From Ignavibacteriota bacterium (GTDB lineage: Bacteria; Bacteroidota; Ignavibacteria; UBA10030), in NCBI GenBank assembly GCA_963769605.1, contig CAVYML010000009.1:1419041-1483040 (forward strand): a DNA stretch of 64,000 nt, in the 5' to 3' direction. Numbering within the stretch: the first letter of the stretch is position 1; the number at the start of each line of letters is the position of its first letter. Positions 47,180 to 57,120 of the stretch are shown one piece after another. Position numbers and translations under genes: made by a program. The notes under the pieces are model-generated. The model did no database searches and was not told where the DNA came from. It worked only from the letters and a program-made list of their open reading frames with translations.

Positions 47180-47932
47180 ATGAATGCATTTAGCTTATTG
47201 AACGAAGTAGCAATTGTTACAGGAGCTGGTACGGGATTAGGAAGAGGCATTGCACAAGGTTTTGCAGAATCGGGCGCAGATCTTATGCTGGTGGACTATG
47301 TCCCAAGCACTAAGACGGCAGAAGAAATTAAAGCGATGGGCAGAAAAGCTGTCACCATGATCGCAGATTTAATGACCACGGCGCTGATTCCCGGTATCGT
47401 TGAAGAAACTGTACGCGCATTTGGGAAAGTCGATATCCTTGTCAACAACGCCGGGATTATTCGCCGGACACCGGCAATCGATTTCTCGGAGAAGGATTGG
47501 GACGATGTTATGGCCATTAACTCAAAAACGGTGTTTTTTTTCTGTCAGGCTGTTGCACGGGATATGCTCAAACGGCATCATGGAAAAATTATCAACATTG
47601 CATCGCTGCTGGCGTTTCAAGGCGGTATCATTGTTCCATCGTATGCCGCGAGCAAAGGAGCTGTCGCACAAATCACAAAAGCGCTTGCGAACGAATGGGC
47701 ATCACAGGGAATCAACGTAAATGCAATCGCTCCCGGCTACATGGCAACAAACAACACCAAAGCATTGCGGGAAGATCAAAAACGCGAGAAGGCTATTATT
47801 GAACGCATCCCTGCAGGACGCTGGGGAACGCCGGACGATCTTAAAGGTACGGCTGTATTCCTTGCTTCCCATGCATCGGATTATGTGCACGGACATGTGC
47901 TGGTTGTCGACGGCGGATGGATGGCCAGATAA
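47180..47932 (+). CDS. kduD: 2-dehydro-3-deoxy-D-gluconate 5-dehydrogenase (SDR family)
   Basis: TGAGTGLGRG is the Rossmann Gly motif. NNAG and catalytic YAASKGA are present. About 250 aa. It lies next to kduI. Confidence 0.8.
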   Translation: MNAFSLLNEVAIVTGAGTGLGRGIAQGFAESGADLMLVDYVPSTKTAEEIKAMGRKAVTMIADLMTTALIPGIVEETVRAFGKVDILVNNAGIIRRTPAIDFSEKDWDDVMAINSKTVFFFCQAVARDMLKRHHGKIINIASLLAFQGGIIVPSYAASKGAVAQITKALANEWASQGINVNAIAPGYMATNNTKALREDQKREKAIIERIPAGRWGTPDDLKGTAVFLASHASDYVHGHVLVVDGGWMAR

Positions 47933-48035
47933 GTCTATAGGTTAGTCCATTGCGTTCATGACGTGCTTTTCGCTTCTCGCTTTCCCTGCATTATTGGAAA
48001 AGAGAAACAAAATATTTTTTCAAATCAAGAATCCT

Positions 48036-48995
48036 ATGAATACAATACTCGAGCATATCGGTCTTTTGGGAATCCTCCCTGTGGCCATAGTTGAAGATGA
48101 GAGAAAAGCATCTTTGCTCGCACAGACATTGCGAGCGAACGCTTTGCCGGTGATTGAAGTAACCTTCCGTACGCAAGCTGCGGTTCGTGTTATCGAACGT
48201 ATCGCGTCTGATGCTTCGCATATCACCGTCGGGGCAGGAACCGTTTTATCCACAGATCAGGTAAAAGAAGCAGTGAATGCCGGTGCAAGTTTTATTGTCT
48301 CTCCGGGTTTGAATCCCAAAGTGGTGGAATATTGCCTGGTCCGGAATATCCCCGTAGTTCCCGGCCTTGCAACACCGACGGAAATTCAGTGCGCACTGGA
48401 ATATAATCTTGAAGTGGTAAAATTTTTTCCGGCCGAGGCATGCGGAGGACTGCCATACTTGCAGGCTATTGCAGCGCCATTTAAGAATTTGAAGTTTATT
48501 CCAACCGGAGGTATTGATCAATCGAACTTTCTGCCGTACCTTCAATGTCCGGAAGTACTGGCATGTGGAGGAAGCTGGATGGTGAAACAGGAGCTTCTTA
48601 AGGAAAATCAGTTCGAGAAAATCGGCGCATTGATTCGTCTGGCAATTACAGGCATGCTTGGATTCGGACTTCGACATATAGGAATGAACTCCGCTTCCCC
48701 AAAGGAGGCAGTTGCTGTTGCGCAACAACTGGAAGAAATATTTCACATGGAGCAAAGGGAAACGCCCGGCTCGATTTTTCTCGGAACGGGATTCGAAGTA
48801 TTAAAGAGGCAGTATCTTGGAACACACGGACACATCGCCATTGCGACAAATTTCATCGACCGCGCGGTTGCACATCTTGCGCTGAAAGGCGTGCGTGTCA
48901 AGGAAGAGACCCGCGATGTACGAAACGGTAAACTTGCTGCGGTTTATCTTGACATGGAAATCGGCGGATACGCAGTGCATCTTCTTCAAGTGTAA
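48036..48995 (+). CDS. eda: KDPG/KHG aldolase (Eda) fused to a C-terminal ~110-aa VOC/glyoxalase-like domain
   Basis: The Eda core is LPVIEVTFRT...VGAGTVL...ASFIVSPG...PGLATPTE...VKFFPAE...FIPTGGI. The C-terminal extension is HIGMNSASPKEAVAVAQQLEEIF...HIAIATNFIDRAVAHLALKGVRV, a beta-alpha-beta-beta-beta VOC-like pattern. The start was chosen at MNTILEH. Confidence 0.75.
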   Translation: MNTILEHIGLLGILPVAIVEDERKASLLAQTLRANALPVIEVTFRTQAAVRVIERIASDASHITVGAGTVLSTDQVKEAVNAGASFIVSPGLNPKVVEYCLVRNIPVVPGLATPTEIQCALEYNLEVVKFFPAEACGGLPYLQAIAAPFKNLKFIPTGGIDQSNFLPYLQCPEVLACGGSWMVKQELLKENQFEKIGALIRLAITGMLGFGLRHIGMNSASPKEAVAVAQQLEEIFHMEQRETPGSIFLGTGFEVLKRQYLGTHGHIAIATNFIDRAVAHLALKGVRVKEETRDVRNGKLAAVYLDMEIGGYAVHLLQV

Positions 48996-49023
48996 TAGTT
49001 CGCATAGAAAGGAATGATGAAGT

Positions 49024-49857
49024 ATGGATGTTCGTTATAGTACGGATCCGGAACGATTTAAAACGATGCCGCCGGAGTCTCTGCGAACGATGTTTTTGAT
49101 CGATAATCTCTTTGTTCCCGATGAAGTGCCTGTGACCTATTCGGATATCGACCGGTCGATTACAGGTTCGGCTGTTCCAAAAACTAAGATCCTGACACTG
49201 CTGGCATCAAAGAAAGAAATGGCATCTGAGTATTTTGCGGAAAGAAGGGAAATCGGTATTATCAATATCGGCGGCACGGGTTCGATTATCGTAGATGTCA
49301 ATGTATTTATGCTGGAACGGAAGGATGCACTCTACATTGGCCGCGGTGCACGAACGATAGAATTCAAGAGCGTAAAAGAATCCGATCCGGCGAAGTTCTA
49401 TTTTGTCAGTTATCCGGCCCATAAGGAATTCCCGACAACATTCGTTCCCTTTGCAGATGCCGACTGCTCGAGTTTGGGAAGTCAACAGGATGCCAACAAG
49501 CGCACGATCAATAGATTGATCCATGCCGGCGGTGTAAAGAGCTGTCAACTTGTGATGGGACTGACGGAACTGGAAGAAGGAAACGTGTGGAATACTATGC
49601 CGCCGCACACGCATCAACGCCGGTCGGAAGTGTATATGTATTTTAATATGCAGCCCAGTGTAGTTGTTGCACACTTCATGGGTCAGCCGGAAGAAACGAG
49701 ACATATCATCATTCGGGACGAGCAGGCAGTGCTCAATCCGAGCTGGTCGATTCACTCCGGCGTAGGAACTCGGAGCTACAGTTTTATCTGGGCGATGGGG
49801 GGAGAAAATCAGGTGTTTAACGACATGGATGATGTTCCTATGAGTCTGCTTCGGTAA
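49024..49857 (+). CDS. kduI: 5-dehydro-4-deoxy-D-glucuronate isomerase
   Basis: The N-terminus MDVRYSTDPERFKTMPPESLRTMFLIDNLF and the 277-aa length match KduI. It has a cupin-like HxH motif (PPHTHQRRSE). Confidence 0.85.
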   Translation: MDVRYSTDPERFKTMPPESLRTMFLIDNLFVPDEVPVTYSDIDRSITGSAVPKTKILTLLASKKEMASEYFAERREIGIINIGGTGSIIVDVNVFMLERKDALYIGRGARTIEFKSVKESDPAKFYFVSYPAHKEFPTTFVPFADADCSSLGSQQDANKRTINRLIHAGGVKSCQLVMGLTELEEGNVWNTMPPHTHQRRSEVYMYFNMQPSVVVAHFMGQPEETRHIIIRDEQAVLNPSWSIHSGVGTRSYSFIWAMGGENQVFNDMDDVPMSLLR

Positions 49858-49885
49858 AGATAATTTCTGTCAAGGGAAGAAAAAA

Positions 49886-51097
49886 ATGAAAAAAGGCAAT
49901 CTCGATAACCTCTTTAGAATTTCGGTACTGAAAAAAACCATTTATATCATGTCGGTTTTATGTACGATGTCGATCTGCGTTTTTGGAAAGGATACAGGAG
50001 CACACATCATGCTCTCGAATCCGCTATCCATCGATCGTCCGAATGAAATGATCGTCCTTGGATGGAATGAGATCAGGAAAATCATACCTGAAGTAAAAAA
50101 GGAAACGATCCATGTGCTCGAAGCGAAAACGCACATCGAAATGCCGCTGCAGATCGTGGAAGACAACGGTGCGCCGGCAGAGGTGATTTTTCTTGTTTCG
50201 TTGAGATCGTACGAAACGAAAGAATTCGATGTTGAATCGTCTGCTCGAAAGAGACCGGTCCTCGAATCGTTGACCGATGCACGTTATATGCTCCCGCGCC
50301 AGGATGTCGCGTGGGAGAATGACAGGATTGCTCATCGGATGTACGGCCCGGCGCTTGCAAAGGAATCGAATAACGGCATTGACGTCTGGACGAAGCGTGT
50401 ACGGTATCCGATAGTAGAAAAATGGTATCGCGGCGATGAGACGCCCGGATCTGCAAGAATCTCGTATCATGAAGACCATGGCGAAGGAGCCGATTTCTTT
50501 GAAGTCGGTCGTTCACTCGGCGATGGAAGCTGCGCCCTTATTGAAGGAGATTCTTTGTACCAGCCGGGTGTGTTCGAATCATACAAAATACTTGCGACAG
50601 GCCCTCTTCGTGCAATGTTCGAAGTTTCGTACAAACCGGTACGATTCAGGAATCTCGAAATCAGGGAAATAAAACGCATCACGCTGGATGCAGGAAGCAA
50701 TCTCAATAAAATAGAAGTAACCTATCGGTGTGATTCCGCAAAGGGCGGCGTCCCATTTGCAGCGGGTCTTGTCAAACGAGAAGGCATAAAAGTTTATTGG
50801 GATAAGGATCATCATTGGGCATCATTATGGGGGCAAACGACGGAAAACGAAGAGAACGGATCGTTGGGAACCGGTCTTGTCGTACCCAAAGAAACCTTCA
50901 CTGGAATGCACGAAACCGCCGTACATCTTCTTGTCACAGGAACAGCCGAATTAGGCAAGACAGCAGTGTATTATGCGGGTGCAGGGTGGACACGCAGCGG
51001 CGATTTTAAGAATGCCGATGAATGGAACCAATACCTTGCAATATACGCGAAGCGGATCGAAGGTCCTTTGAAGATTTTGATATCGGCAAAAGAATGA
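49886..51097 (+). CDS. Hypothetical exported protein (possibly a DUF4861-type protein, as often seen in pectin loci)
   Basis: Signal peptide and a 403-aa size. It lies in the pectin/hexuronate cluster. The family assignment is unverified. Confidence 0.4.
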   Translation: MKKGNLDNLFRISVLKKTIYIMSVLCTMSICVFGKDTGAHIMLSNPLSIDRPNEMIVLGWNEIRKIIPEVKKETIHVLEAKTHIEMPLQIVEDNGAPAEVIFLVSLRSYETKEFDVESSARKRPVLESLTDARYMLPRQDVAWENDRIAHRMYGPALAKESNNGIDVWTKRVRYPIVEKWYRGDETPGSARISYHEDHGEGADFFEVGRSLGDGSCALIEGDSLYQPGVFESYKILATGPLRAMFEVSYKPVRFRNLEIREIKRITLDAGSNLNKIEVTYRCDSAKGGVPFAAGLVKREGIKVYWDKDHHWASLWGQTTENEENGSLGTGLVVPKETFTGMHETAVHLLVTGTAELGKTAVYYAGAGWTRSGDFKNADEWNQYLAIYAKRIEGPLKILISAKE

Positions 51098-51164
51098 GCG
51101 TTCCAAAATTCCGGATCAAGTCAGGAAAAAGCACCAGAATATTCGAGAAACTCTTGAAGGAGGA

Positions 51165-52523
51165 GTGATGCCCTCAATAACGGAAGAAAAAATAAAGATC
51201 GGCAATTATCGGTGGGTTATTTGTGCATTGCTCTTTTTTGCCACGACCCTCAACTACATGGATCGACAGGTCATCAGCTACTTGAAACCGTTCTACTGCA
51301 AATCAATCGACGCAGGCGGATTCGGCTGGACGAATTCTGATTTTTCGTATGTCACTTCGTTCTTTACGGCTTTCTACGCCGGGATGACTATTCTTGCCGG
51401 TTGGGTTATCGACCGGATCGGCACCAAACGCGGATTGGCCGGATCGCTCATTGTCTGGTCTTTTGCGGGAATTGCGAACGCCTTCGCAGGCGCATCTGTC
51501 GCAGTGCATGTGTTCATTCGCAGTATTTTTGCTGTCGGGGAAGCGGGCAATTTCCCTGCATCGATCAAAACAGTAGCGGAGTGGTTCCCGAGAAAAGAAC
51601 GGGCGCTGGCAACAGGCATTTTCAACAGCGGATCGAATGTGGGAGCGATGATTGCGGCTCTGTTTGTGCCGTGGTGTATGGTGTTTTACGGCGAACAGCT
51701 TGGATGGAAAATGGCGTTTGCGTATACCGGTGGAGTCGGATTCCTCTGGCTGATTTTTTGGTTCTGGTTCTATAACTCGCCTTCGAAGCAAAAGAAACTT
51801 CTCAAAGCAGAGTTTGATTACATTCATGAAGGAGACGTTCCCGTTCAGACTTCGGTAAAAACGGAAAAAGTGCCATGGGGAAAACTTTTCGGCTATCGCC
51901 AGACATGGTCGTTTTTCTTCGGAAAATTTCTTACGGATGGTATTTGGTGGTTCTATCTCTTCTGGTTGCCCGACTATTTGATTAAGCAATTCGGTCTAGC
52001 GCCGGCCGATGTGAAATGGCCGACATTTATCGTTTATGGCGTTGCGATTATTGGAAGCGTCTACGGCGGTGGCATTCCCTTTATCTTCATGAACAAGGGG
52101 ATGCATGTGTATAAGGCCCGTATGACTACGATGATCATTATCGCGTTTTTCCCGCTGGCAGTTCTCTTTACGCAGTACTTCGGGAATGTGGAGCGCTTCG
52201 GCGGAACGGCGATGTACATGGCTGTGGCTGTAATCTGTATCGGTGCAGCTGCGCACCAGGCGTGGTCTGCGAACCTGTTCACGACAGTATCCGACATGTT
52301 TCCCAAAAAGGCAGTGGGTTCCGTTACCGGCATCGGCGCTATGGCCGGAGGAATAGGCGGTGTGTTTGTTCAATTGCTGGCCGGCAAATTGACCGATGTT
52401 TTCATCACAGCACCCCAGACGGCGTATATGATTATGTTTGTAATTTGCGGGTTGTCGTATATAAGTGCATGGGGCATCATGAAATTACTGGTTCCCCTTC
52501 ATAAACCAATAACTGATTTGTAA
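51165..52523 (+). CDS. exuT: MFS transporter, hexuronate transporter (ExuT)-like
   Basis: About 12 TM helices. The N-terminus is KIGNYRWVICALLFFATTLNYMDRQVIS, as in the ExuT/anion:cation symporter family. 452 aa. Confidence 0.75.
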   Translation: MMPSITEEKIKIGNYRWVICALLFFATTLNYMDRQVISYLKPFYCKSIDAGGFGWTNSDFSYVTSFFTAFYAGMTILAGWVIDRIGTKRGLAGSLIVWSFAGIANAFAGASVAVHVFIRSIFAVGEAGNFPASIKTVAEWFPRKERALATGIFNSGSNVGAMIAALFVPWCMVFYGEQLGWKMAFAYTGGVGFLWLIFWFWFYNSPSKQKKLLKAEFDYIHEGDVPVQTSVKTEKVPWGKLFGYRQTWSFFFGKFLTDGIWWFYLFWLPDYLIKQFGLAPADVKWPTFIVYGVAIIGSVYGGGIPFIFMNKGMHVYKARMTTMIIIAFFPLAVLFTQYFGNVERFGGTAMYMAVAVICIGAAAHQAWSANLFTTVSDMFPKKAVGSVTGIGAMAGGIGGVFVQLLAGKLTDVFITAPQTAYMIMFVICGLSYISAWGIMKLLVPLHKPITDL

Positions 52524-52568
52524 ATAAAATGTGCTCGAATTTATAATCGATCTCCACGATGTGTCCAA

Positions 52569-53402
52569 ATGAATCTGCAAGATGTTACAGAAGCATATGA
52601 TTTTATAGGAAAGACTGTCGTCATTACGGGCGGCGGCGGTGTGTTGTGCGGACAGATTGCACGCTGCCTTGCCGGCTGTAATGCCAACATCGCTCTTCTT
52701 GACCGCGATGTTTCGCTTGGCGAAAAAGTTCTGTCGACATTAAACGGTACGAAAGGCAAGCATAAGGTAATATTTATCGATGTGCTCGATAAGGTCAAAG
52801 TACAGGAAGCTGCCGATCAAACGCTTTCCGAATTCGGAAAAATAGATATTCTCATCAACGGCGCCGGCGGAAACAATCCCAGAGCAACAACCAATCCCGA
52901 ACAGTCGTTCTTCGATATTCCGAGCGAAGCCATTCAATTTGTTTCGAATCTGAATCTTATGGGGACAATTCTGCCGAGTCAGGCATTCGGCAGGAAAATG
53001 GTAGAACAAAAAGAAGGTATCATTCTCAACGTTTCCTCCATGAATGCTTTCCGGCCGCTGACGCGCATTCCGGCATACTCGGCTGCAAAAGCAGCCGTCA
53101 GTAATTTTACGCAATGGCTGGCCGTGCATATTGCACAGGAGTATTCGCCCGCGATTCGCGTAAATGCCATTGCGCGTGGTTTTTTCCTGACGAAGCAGAA
53201 TAGATTCTTATTGACGGAAAAGGAAACCGGAGCACTCACTGCCCGCGGGAAAAAAATTCTTGATCATACGCCGATGGGGCGTTTCGGCGTTCCGGAAGAT
53301 TTACTTGGTGCTGTGCTTTGGCTGCTCTCACCTGTGTCGAAATTCGTTACGGGAATCGTGCTGCCCATCGACGGCGGATTCTCGGCTTTCTCAGGAGTGT
53401 AG
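52569..53402 (+). CDS. SDR family oxidoreductase (candidate SDR-type D-mannonate/altronate oxidoreductase)
   Basis: VITGGGGVLCG is the Gly motif. NGAGG and catalytic YSAAKAA are present. 277 aa. It sits between exuT and the sugar kinases. Confidence 0.7.
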   Translation: MNLQDVTEAYDFIGKTVVITGGGGVLCGQIARCLAGCNANIALLDRDVSLGEKVLSTLNGTKGKHKVIFIDVLDKVKVQEAADQTLSEFGKIDILINGAGGNNPRATTNPEQSFFDIPSEAIQFVSNLNLMGTILPSQAFGRKMVEQKEGIILNVSSMNAFRPLTRIPAYSAAKAAVSNFTQWLAVHIAQEYSPAIRVNAIARGFFLTKQNRFLLTEKETGALTARGKKILDHTPMGRFGVPEDLLGAVLWLLSPVSKFVTGIVLPIDGGFSAFSGV

Positions 53403-53428
53403 AAAAAAGATACTGATTACAATAACAG

Positions 53429-54529
53429 ATGAAAAAGGAGTTTGAGATGAGTCAGGGTTTGAATATTCTTCCGCAGCGTGCATATGATTTGATTTCTCTG
53501 GGCGCGCTGGTACATCGGCTGGATCCGGGAATTATTCCGTTCAGGAAAGCAGCACAATGCCGGATCCACGTCAGCGGCGGGGAGTTTAATCTCGCGGCGA
53601 ACATTGCGGATTGTTTTCGGCTTAGGACAGGAATTGTATCGGCGATGGTAGATTATCCCATCGGCGATCTCATTGCCGAGCGTGTAAGAGCTATGGGCGT
53701 GCAGCCGTTCTATAAGCACTTTACGCACAATGGCGTGAACGGACCGAACATGGCTGCAGTCTACAGTGATCGAGGATACGGCGTACGTCCGCCGGTGGTC
53801 TTCTACAACCGTTCGAATGAAGCCGGCGCTCAGTTGAAACCCGGCGACTTCGATTGGAATACAATCTTTGACGGCGGCGTGCGATGGTTCCATAGCGGCG
53901 GCATTTTTGCAGCGCTGTCTGAAACTACGGGCGAGCTCATCATCGAGGGAATGAAAGCGGCAAAGAAAGCCGGTGCGGTTGTCAGCTTCGACCTGAACTT
54001 CCGCGAGAAACTTTGGAACATCTGGGGCGGACAGAAAAAAGCGGCGGAAGTTGTAGCACGAATCGTAGAAAATACCGACGTGCTCGTTGGAAATGAAGAA
54101 GACCTTCAAAAAGGACTGGGAATCCCCGGACCTGAGGTTGCTGCAAAATCAAAACTCGATCCGAGCGCTTTTATCGGTATGATTGATACCGTTGTAAAAA
54201 AATATCCCAATGTTAAAGTCATTGCAACGACCCTCCGCGAAGTGCACTCGACGAATCATCATACCTGGGGTGCGGTTGCATGGGTCGACGGCAAAGCATA
54301 CACTTCGCCGGCATGCGAGCTCGATGTCGTGGATCGAGTGGGCGGCGGCGACGGATTTGCAAGCGGATTCTTTTATGGATTGCTTGCAGGAGAATCTCCT
54401 GAAGAAGCGGTAAAGCTCGGCTGGGCGCATGGCGCTTTGTTGACGACAACACCCGGCGATACGACAATGGTCACCGTGGAGCAAGTTCGCTCGTTTGCCA
54501 AAGGAGGCTCTGCAAGGATTCAGCGGTAA
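53429..54529 (+). CDS. kdgK: PfkB family sugar kinase (2-dehydro-3-deoxygluconokinase-like)
   Basis: PfkB signature 2 is DRVGGGDGFASGF. The ribokinase-like fold is about 366 aa. Confidence 0.75.
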   Translation: MKKEFEMSQGLNILPQRAYDLISLGALVHRLDPGIIPFRKAAQCRIHVSGGEFNLAANIADCFRLRTGIVSAMVDYPIGDLIAERVRAMGVQPFYKHFTHNGVNGPNMAAVYSDRGYGVRPPVVFYNRSNEAGAQLKPGDFDWNTIFDGGVRWFHSGGIFAALSETTGELIIEGMKAAKKAGAVVSFDLNFREKLWNIWGGQKKAAEVVARIVENTDVLVGNEEDLQKGLGIPGPEVAAKSKLDPSAFIGMIDTVVKKYPNVKVIATTLREVHSTNHHTWGAVAWVDGKAYTSPACELDVVDRVGGGDGFASGFFYGLLAGESPEEAVKLGWAHGALLTTTPGDTTMVTVEQVRSFAKGGSARIQR

Positions 54530-54600
54530 AATGCAACGATGAACAATATTTATTTTTCAGGAACTGCTGAGCGAGCATTCTCGCGCTTGAAAGGAAGATC

Positions 54601-55686
54601 ATGGGACTGAAGATTCAAGAAGCAAATAAATGTGAATTTGATTTATTGACACTCGGGGAATGCATGATTCGTCTTAGTCCTCCCGGTCATCAACGGTTAG
54701 AACTAACGCCGTTCCTGGAGATTTATGCCGGGGGCGGCGAATACAATGTTGCTTACGCACTTTCCCGATTCGGGTTGAAAGCAGGATGGATTTCCCGCCT
54801 TGTGGACAATCCGCTGGGACAGTTTATTCGCAACCATGCACAGGCGAGCGGGATGGATCTCAGCGAAGTTGTCTGGGCACCGTTCGATGGTATCGGTAGA
54901 ACCGAACGGATCGGTTTGAACTTCAGCGAGGTGGGGATCGGAGTACGGCCAAGCACCGTTGTGTATGATCGCGGTCATACAGCTGTTTCCCATATGAAAT
55001 CCGGCGATGTGGATTGGAAAAGAATCTTCATGCATCGGAAAGCCCGTTGGTTCCATACCAGCGGCATTTTTACAGCGTTGAGCGATAGTTGCACTGCCGT
55101 TGCATTGGAAGCGTTGAAGGCCGCACATGATGCCGGATGCATCGTCAGCTATGATTTGAATTTTCGCAGCAGGCTCTGGTCATGCCAGAAAGCGATCACT
55201 ATAACGAAGACGCTTGTCCCGTACATTGATGTGCTCATCGGTAATGAAGAGGATTTTCAAAAAGTATTGGGATTTGAAGTAGAAGGCACAGACAGCAGTT
55301 TCAAGCATCTTCCGGTGGAAGCGTATAAAGAAATGGTGAAGAAAGTGGTTGCCGCATATCCGAACGTTCAGGTTGTAGGAACCACACTCCGCGAAGTTGT
55401 AAGCGGGCTGAAAAATAATTGGTCTGCGATTGTTTACGCAGAAGGCGAGTTTGTGGAATCGAAAAAATATGAAAATCTGGAGATTGAAGACCGTGTTGGC
55501 GGCGGCGATGGATTCTGCAGCGGACTCATTTACGGTTTACTCCAGGGAATGAAACTTCAGGAGTGTGTCGAATTGGGTGCTGCGCATGGCGCACTGACAC
55601 AAAGCACGCGCGGGGATTCCACCATGGCGACACTTGCAGAAGTCAAACATGTCATGGACGGAGGGTCCGCAAGGATTGTACGATAG
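54601..55686 (+). CDS. PfkB family sugar kinase, paralog (candidate gluconokinase/KDG kinase)
   Basis: DRVGGGDGFCSGL. The N-terminus is LLTLGECMIRLSP, as in the KdgK family. 361 aa. Confidence 0.7.
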   Translation: MGLKIQEANKCEFDLLTLGECMIRLSPPGHQRLELTPFLEIYAGGGEYNVAYALSRFGLKAGWISRLVDNPLGQFIRNHAQASGMDLSEVVWAPFDGIGRTERIGLNFSEVGIGVRPSTVVYDRGHTAVSHMKSGDVDWKRIFMHRKARWFHTSGIFTALSDSCTAVALEALKAAHDAGCIVSYDLNFRSRLWSCQKAITITKTLVPYIDVLIGNEEDFQKVLGFEVEGTDSSFKHLPVEAYKEMVKKVVAAYPNVQVVGTTLREVVSGLKNNWSAIVYAEGEFVESKKYENLEIEDRVGGGDGFCSGLIYGLLQGMKLQECVELGAAHGALTQSTRGDSTMATLAEVKHVMDGGSARIVR

Positions 55687-55795
55687 TGTGGAAGAAAAAT
55701 ATGTATTGCTCTGCCAATACCGAGAATTTTATATTCGGGGAATGTTACAGGCGCTTTTCCTGTTCCTCAATATAAAGATGTAAAGAAGGAGAAGA

Positions 55796-57073
55796 GTGAT
55801 GATATTCTACGCACGCGGCGGTGAACATGATGTTTTGGAAAATGTGGATTTGTGCCGGGCCATCGATGAAGCCTTTGAAAAGCTCGGACAAAGGAAAAAA
55901 GTTCTCGCCATTCCACCGGACTTTACCCGCTTCCATTCTCAGGCGGGAATCCTGACGGAAATGCTGTGGAACTATTACAAGGATGCCCTCACCGATATTC
56001 TTCCCGCTCTGGGAACTCACTCAGCGATGACGGAACATGAACTGCGAACGATGTACGGTTCTACGCCGCTCAACCTTTTTCGTGTTCACGATTGGCGTCG
56101 TGATGTTGTAACGCTCGGTGAAGTGCCTTCCGATTTCATCTGCCGGGAGTCCGAAGGAAAACTCGATTATGCCTGGAAAGCGCAGGTGAATAAACTGCTT
56201 GTCGAGGGCGGCTTTGATTTAATCGTCTCTATCGGACAGGTGGTGCCGCACGAAGTTGTCGGCATGGCGAACTATAACAAAAATGTTTTTGTCGGAACAG
56301 GCGGACCGGAAGGAATTAACAAAAGCCATTTTCTCGGTGCAGTCTACGGTATGGAACGTATTATGGGACGTGCCGATAATCCCGTGCGGCGTGTGTACAA
56401 TTACGCATCGGACCATTGTTCAGACAGCCTGCCGCCGATTGTGTATGTGCTAACCGTCGTTGGACGCGGCAGCGACGGAAGCCTGAAAGTACGCGGCCTC
56501 TACATCGGCGACGATGCCGAATGCTTCAACCGGGCGTCGGAACTTTCTCTTAAAGTGAATTTTGAAATGCTGGAAGAACCGTTGAAAAAAGTCGTCGTGT
56601 ATCTCGACCCTTCGGAATTCAAGAGTACATGGCTGGGGAATAAAAGTATCTACCGCAGCCGCATGGCTCTTGCGGACGGCGGCGAGCTGATTATTCTTGC
56701 GCCGGGATTGAAAGAATTCGGCGAGGATAAACGGATTGATGCCCTGATTCGAAAGTACGGTTATCGCGGAACGCCGGAAACGCTTGCACGTGTAAAAGAA
56801 TCGGACGAACTGAAAAAAAACCTGAGTGCAGCGGCGCATCTTATACACGGTTCTTCCGAAGGACGTTTCTCCATTACCTACTCTCCCGGCTATTTGACGA
56901 AACAGGAGATCGAGAGCGTGAATTTTCACTACGCGAATCTCGGGCAGGTGATGAAGAAATATAATCCGGAAAAACTATCCGACGGGGTGAACGTTTTGCC
57001 GGATGGTGAAGAGATTTTCTATATTTCAAATCCGGCGCTCGGATTGTGGGCGTGCAGGATTCGATTTGTTTGA
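55796..57073 (+). CDS. LarA-family (DUF2088, nickel-pincer-dependent alpha-hydroxyacid racemase/epimerase-like) protein
   Basis: The pattern VLAIPPDFTRFHSQAGIL ... ALGTHSAMTEHELRTMYG matches LarA-family motifs (D-x-TR ... A-x-G-T/H-H-R/S-x-M-T/S) and the ~425 aa length. The start may be at 55799. Confidence 0.55.
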   Translation: MMIFYARGGEHDVLENVDLCRAIDEAFEKLGQRKKVLAIPPDFTRFHSQAGILTEMLWNYYKDALTDILPALGTHSAMTEHELRTMYGSTPLNLFRVHDWRRDVVTLGEVPSDFICRESEGKLDYAWKAQVNKLLVEGGFDLIVSIGQVVPHEVVGMANYNKNVFVGTGGPEGINKSHFLGAVYGMERIMGRADNPVRRVYNYASDHCSDSLPPIVYVLTVVGRGSDGSLKVRGLYIGDDAECFNRASELSLKVNFEMLEEPLKKVVVYLDPSEFKSTWLGNKSIYRSRMALADGGELIILAPGLKEFGEDKRIDALIRKYGYRGTPETLARVKESDELKKNLSAAAHLIHGSSEGRFSITYSPGYLTKQEIESVNFHYANLGQVMKKYNPEKLSDGVNVLPDGEEIFYISNPALGLWACRIRFV

Positions 57074-57120
57074 AACGATGTGTGGCAATGATAAACATGA
57101 ATAAGGAAGAAAAAAGATCT

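Noticed and set aside
47535-47542. T8 homopolymer inside kduD, and A8 runs inside lon (about 29886), the LarA-like gene (about 56812) and gnd (about 58046), as potential slippage sites
   Set aside because: All are in-frame in intact genes, and such runs look unremarkable given the composition here. Only the dnaX A9 run has a mechanistic precedent, so only that one is reported.
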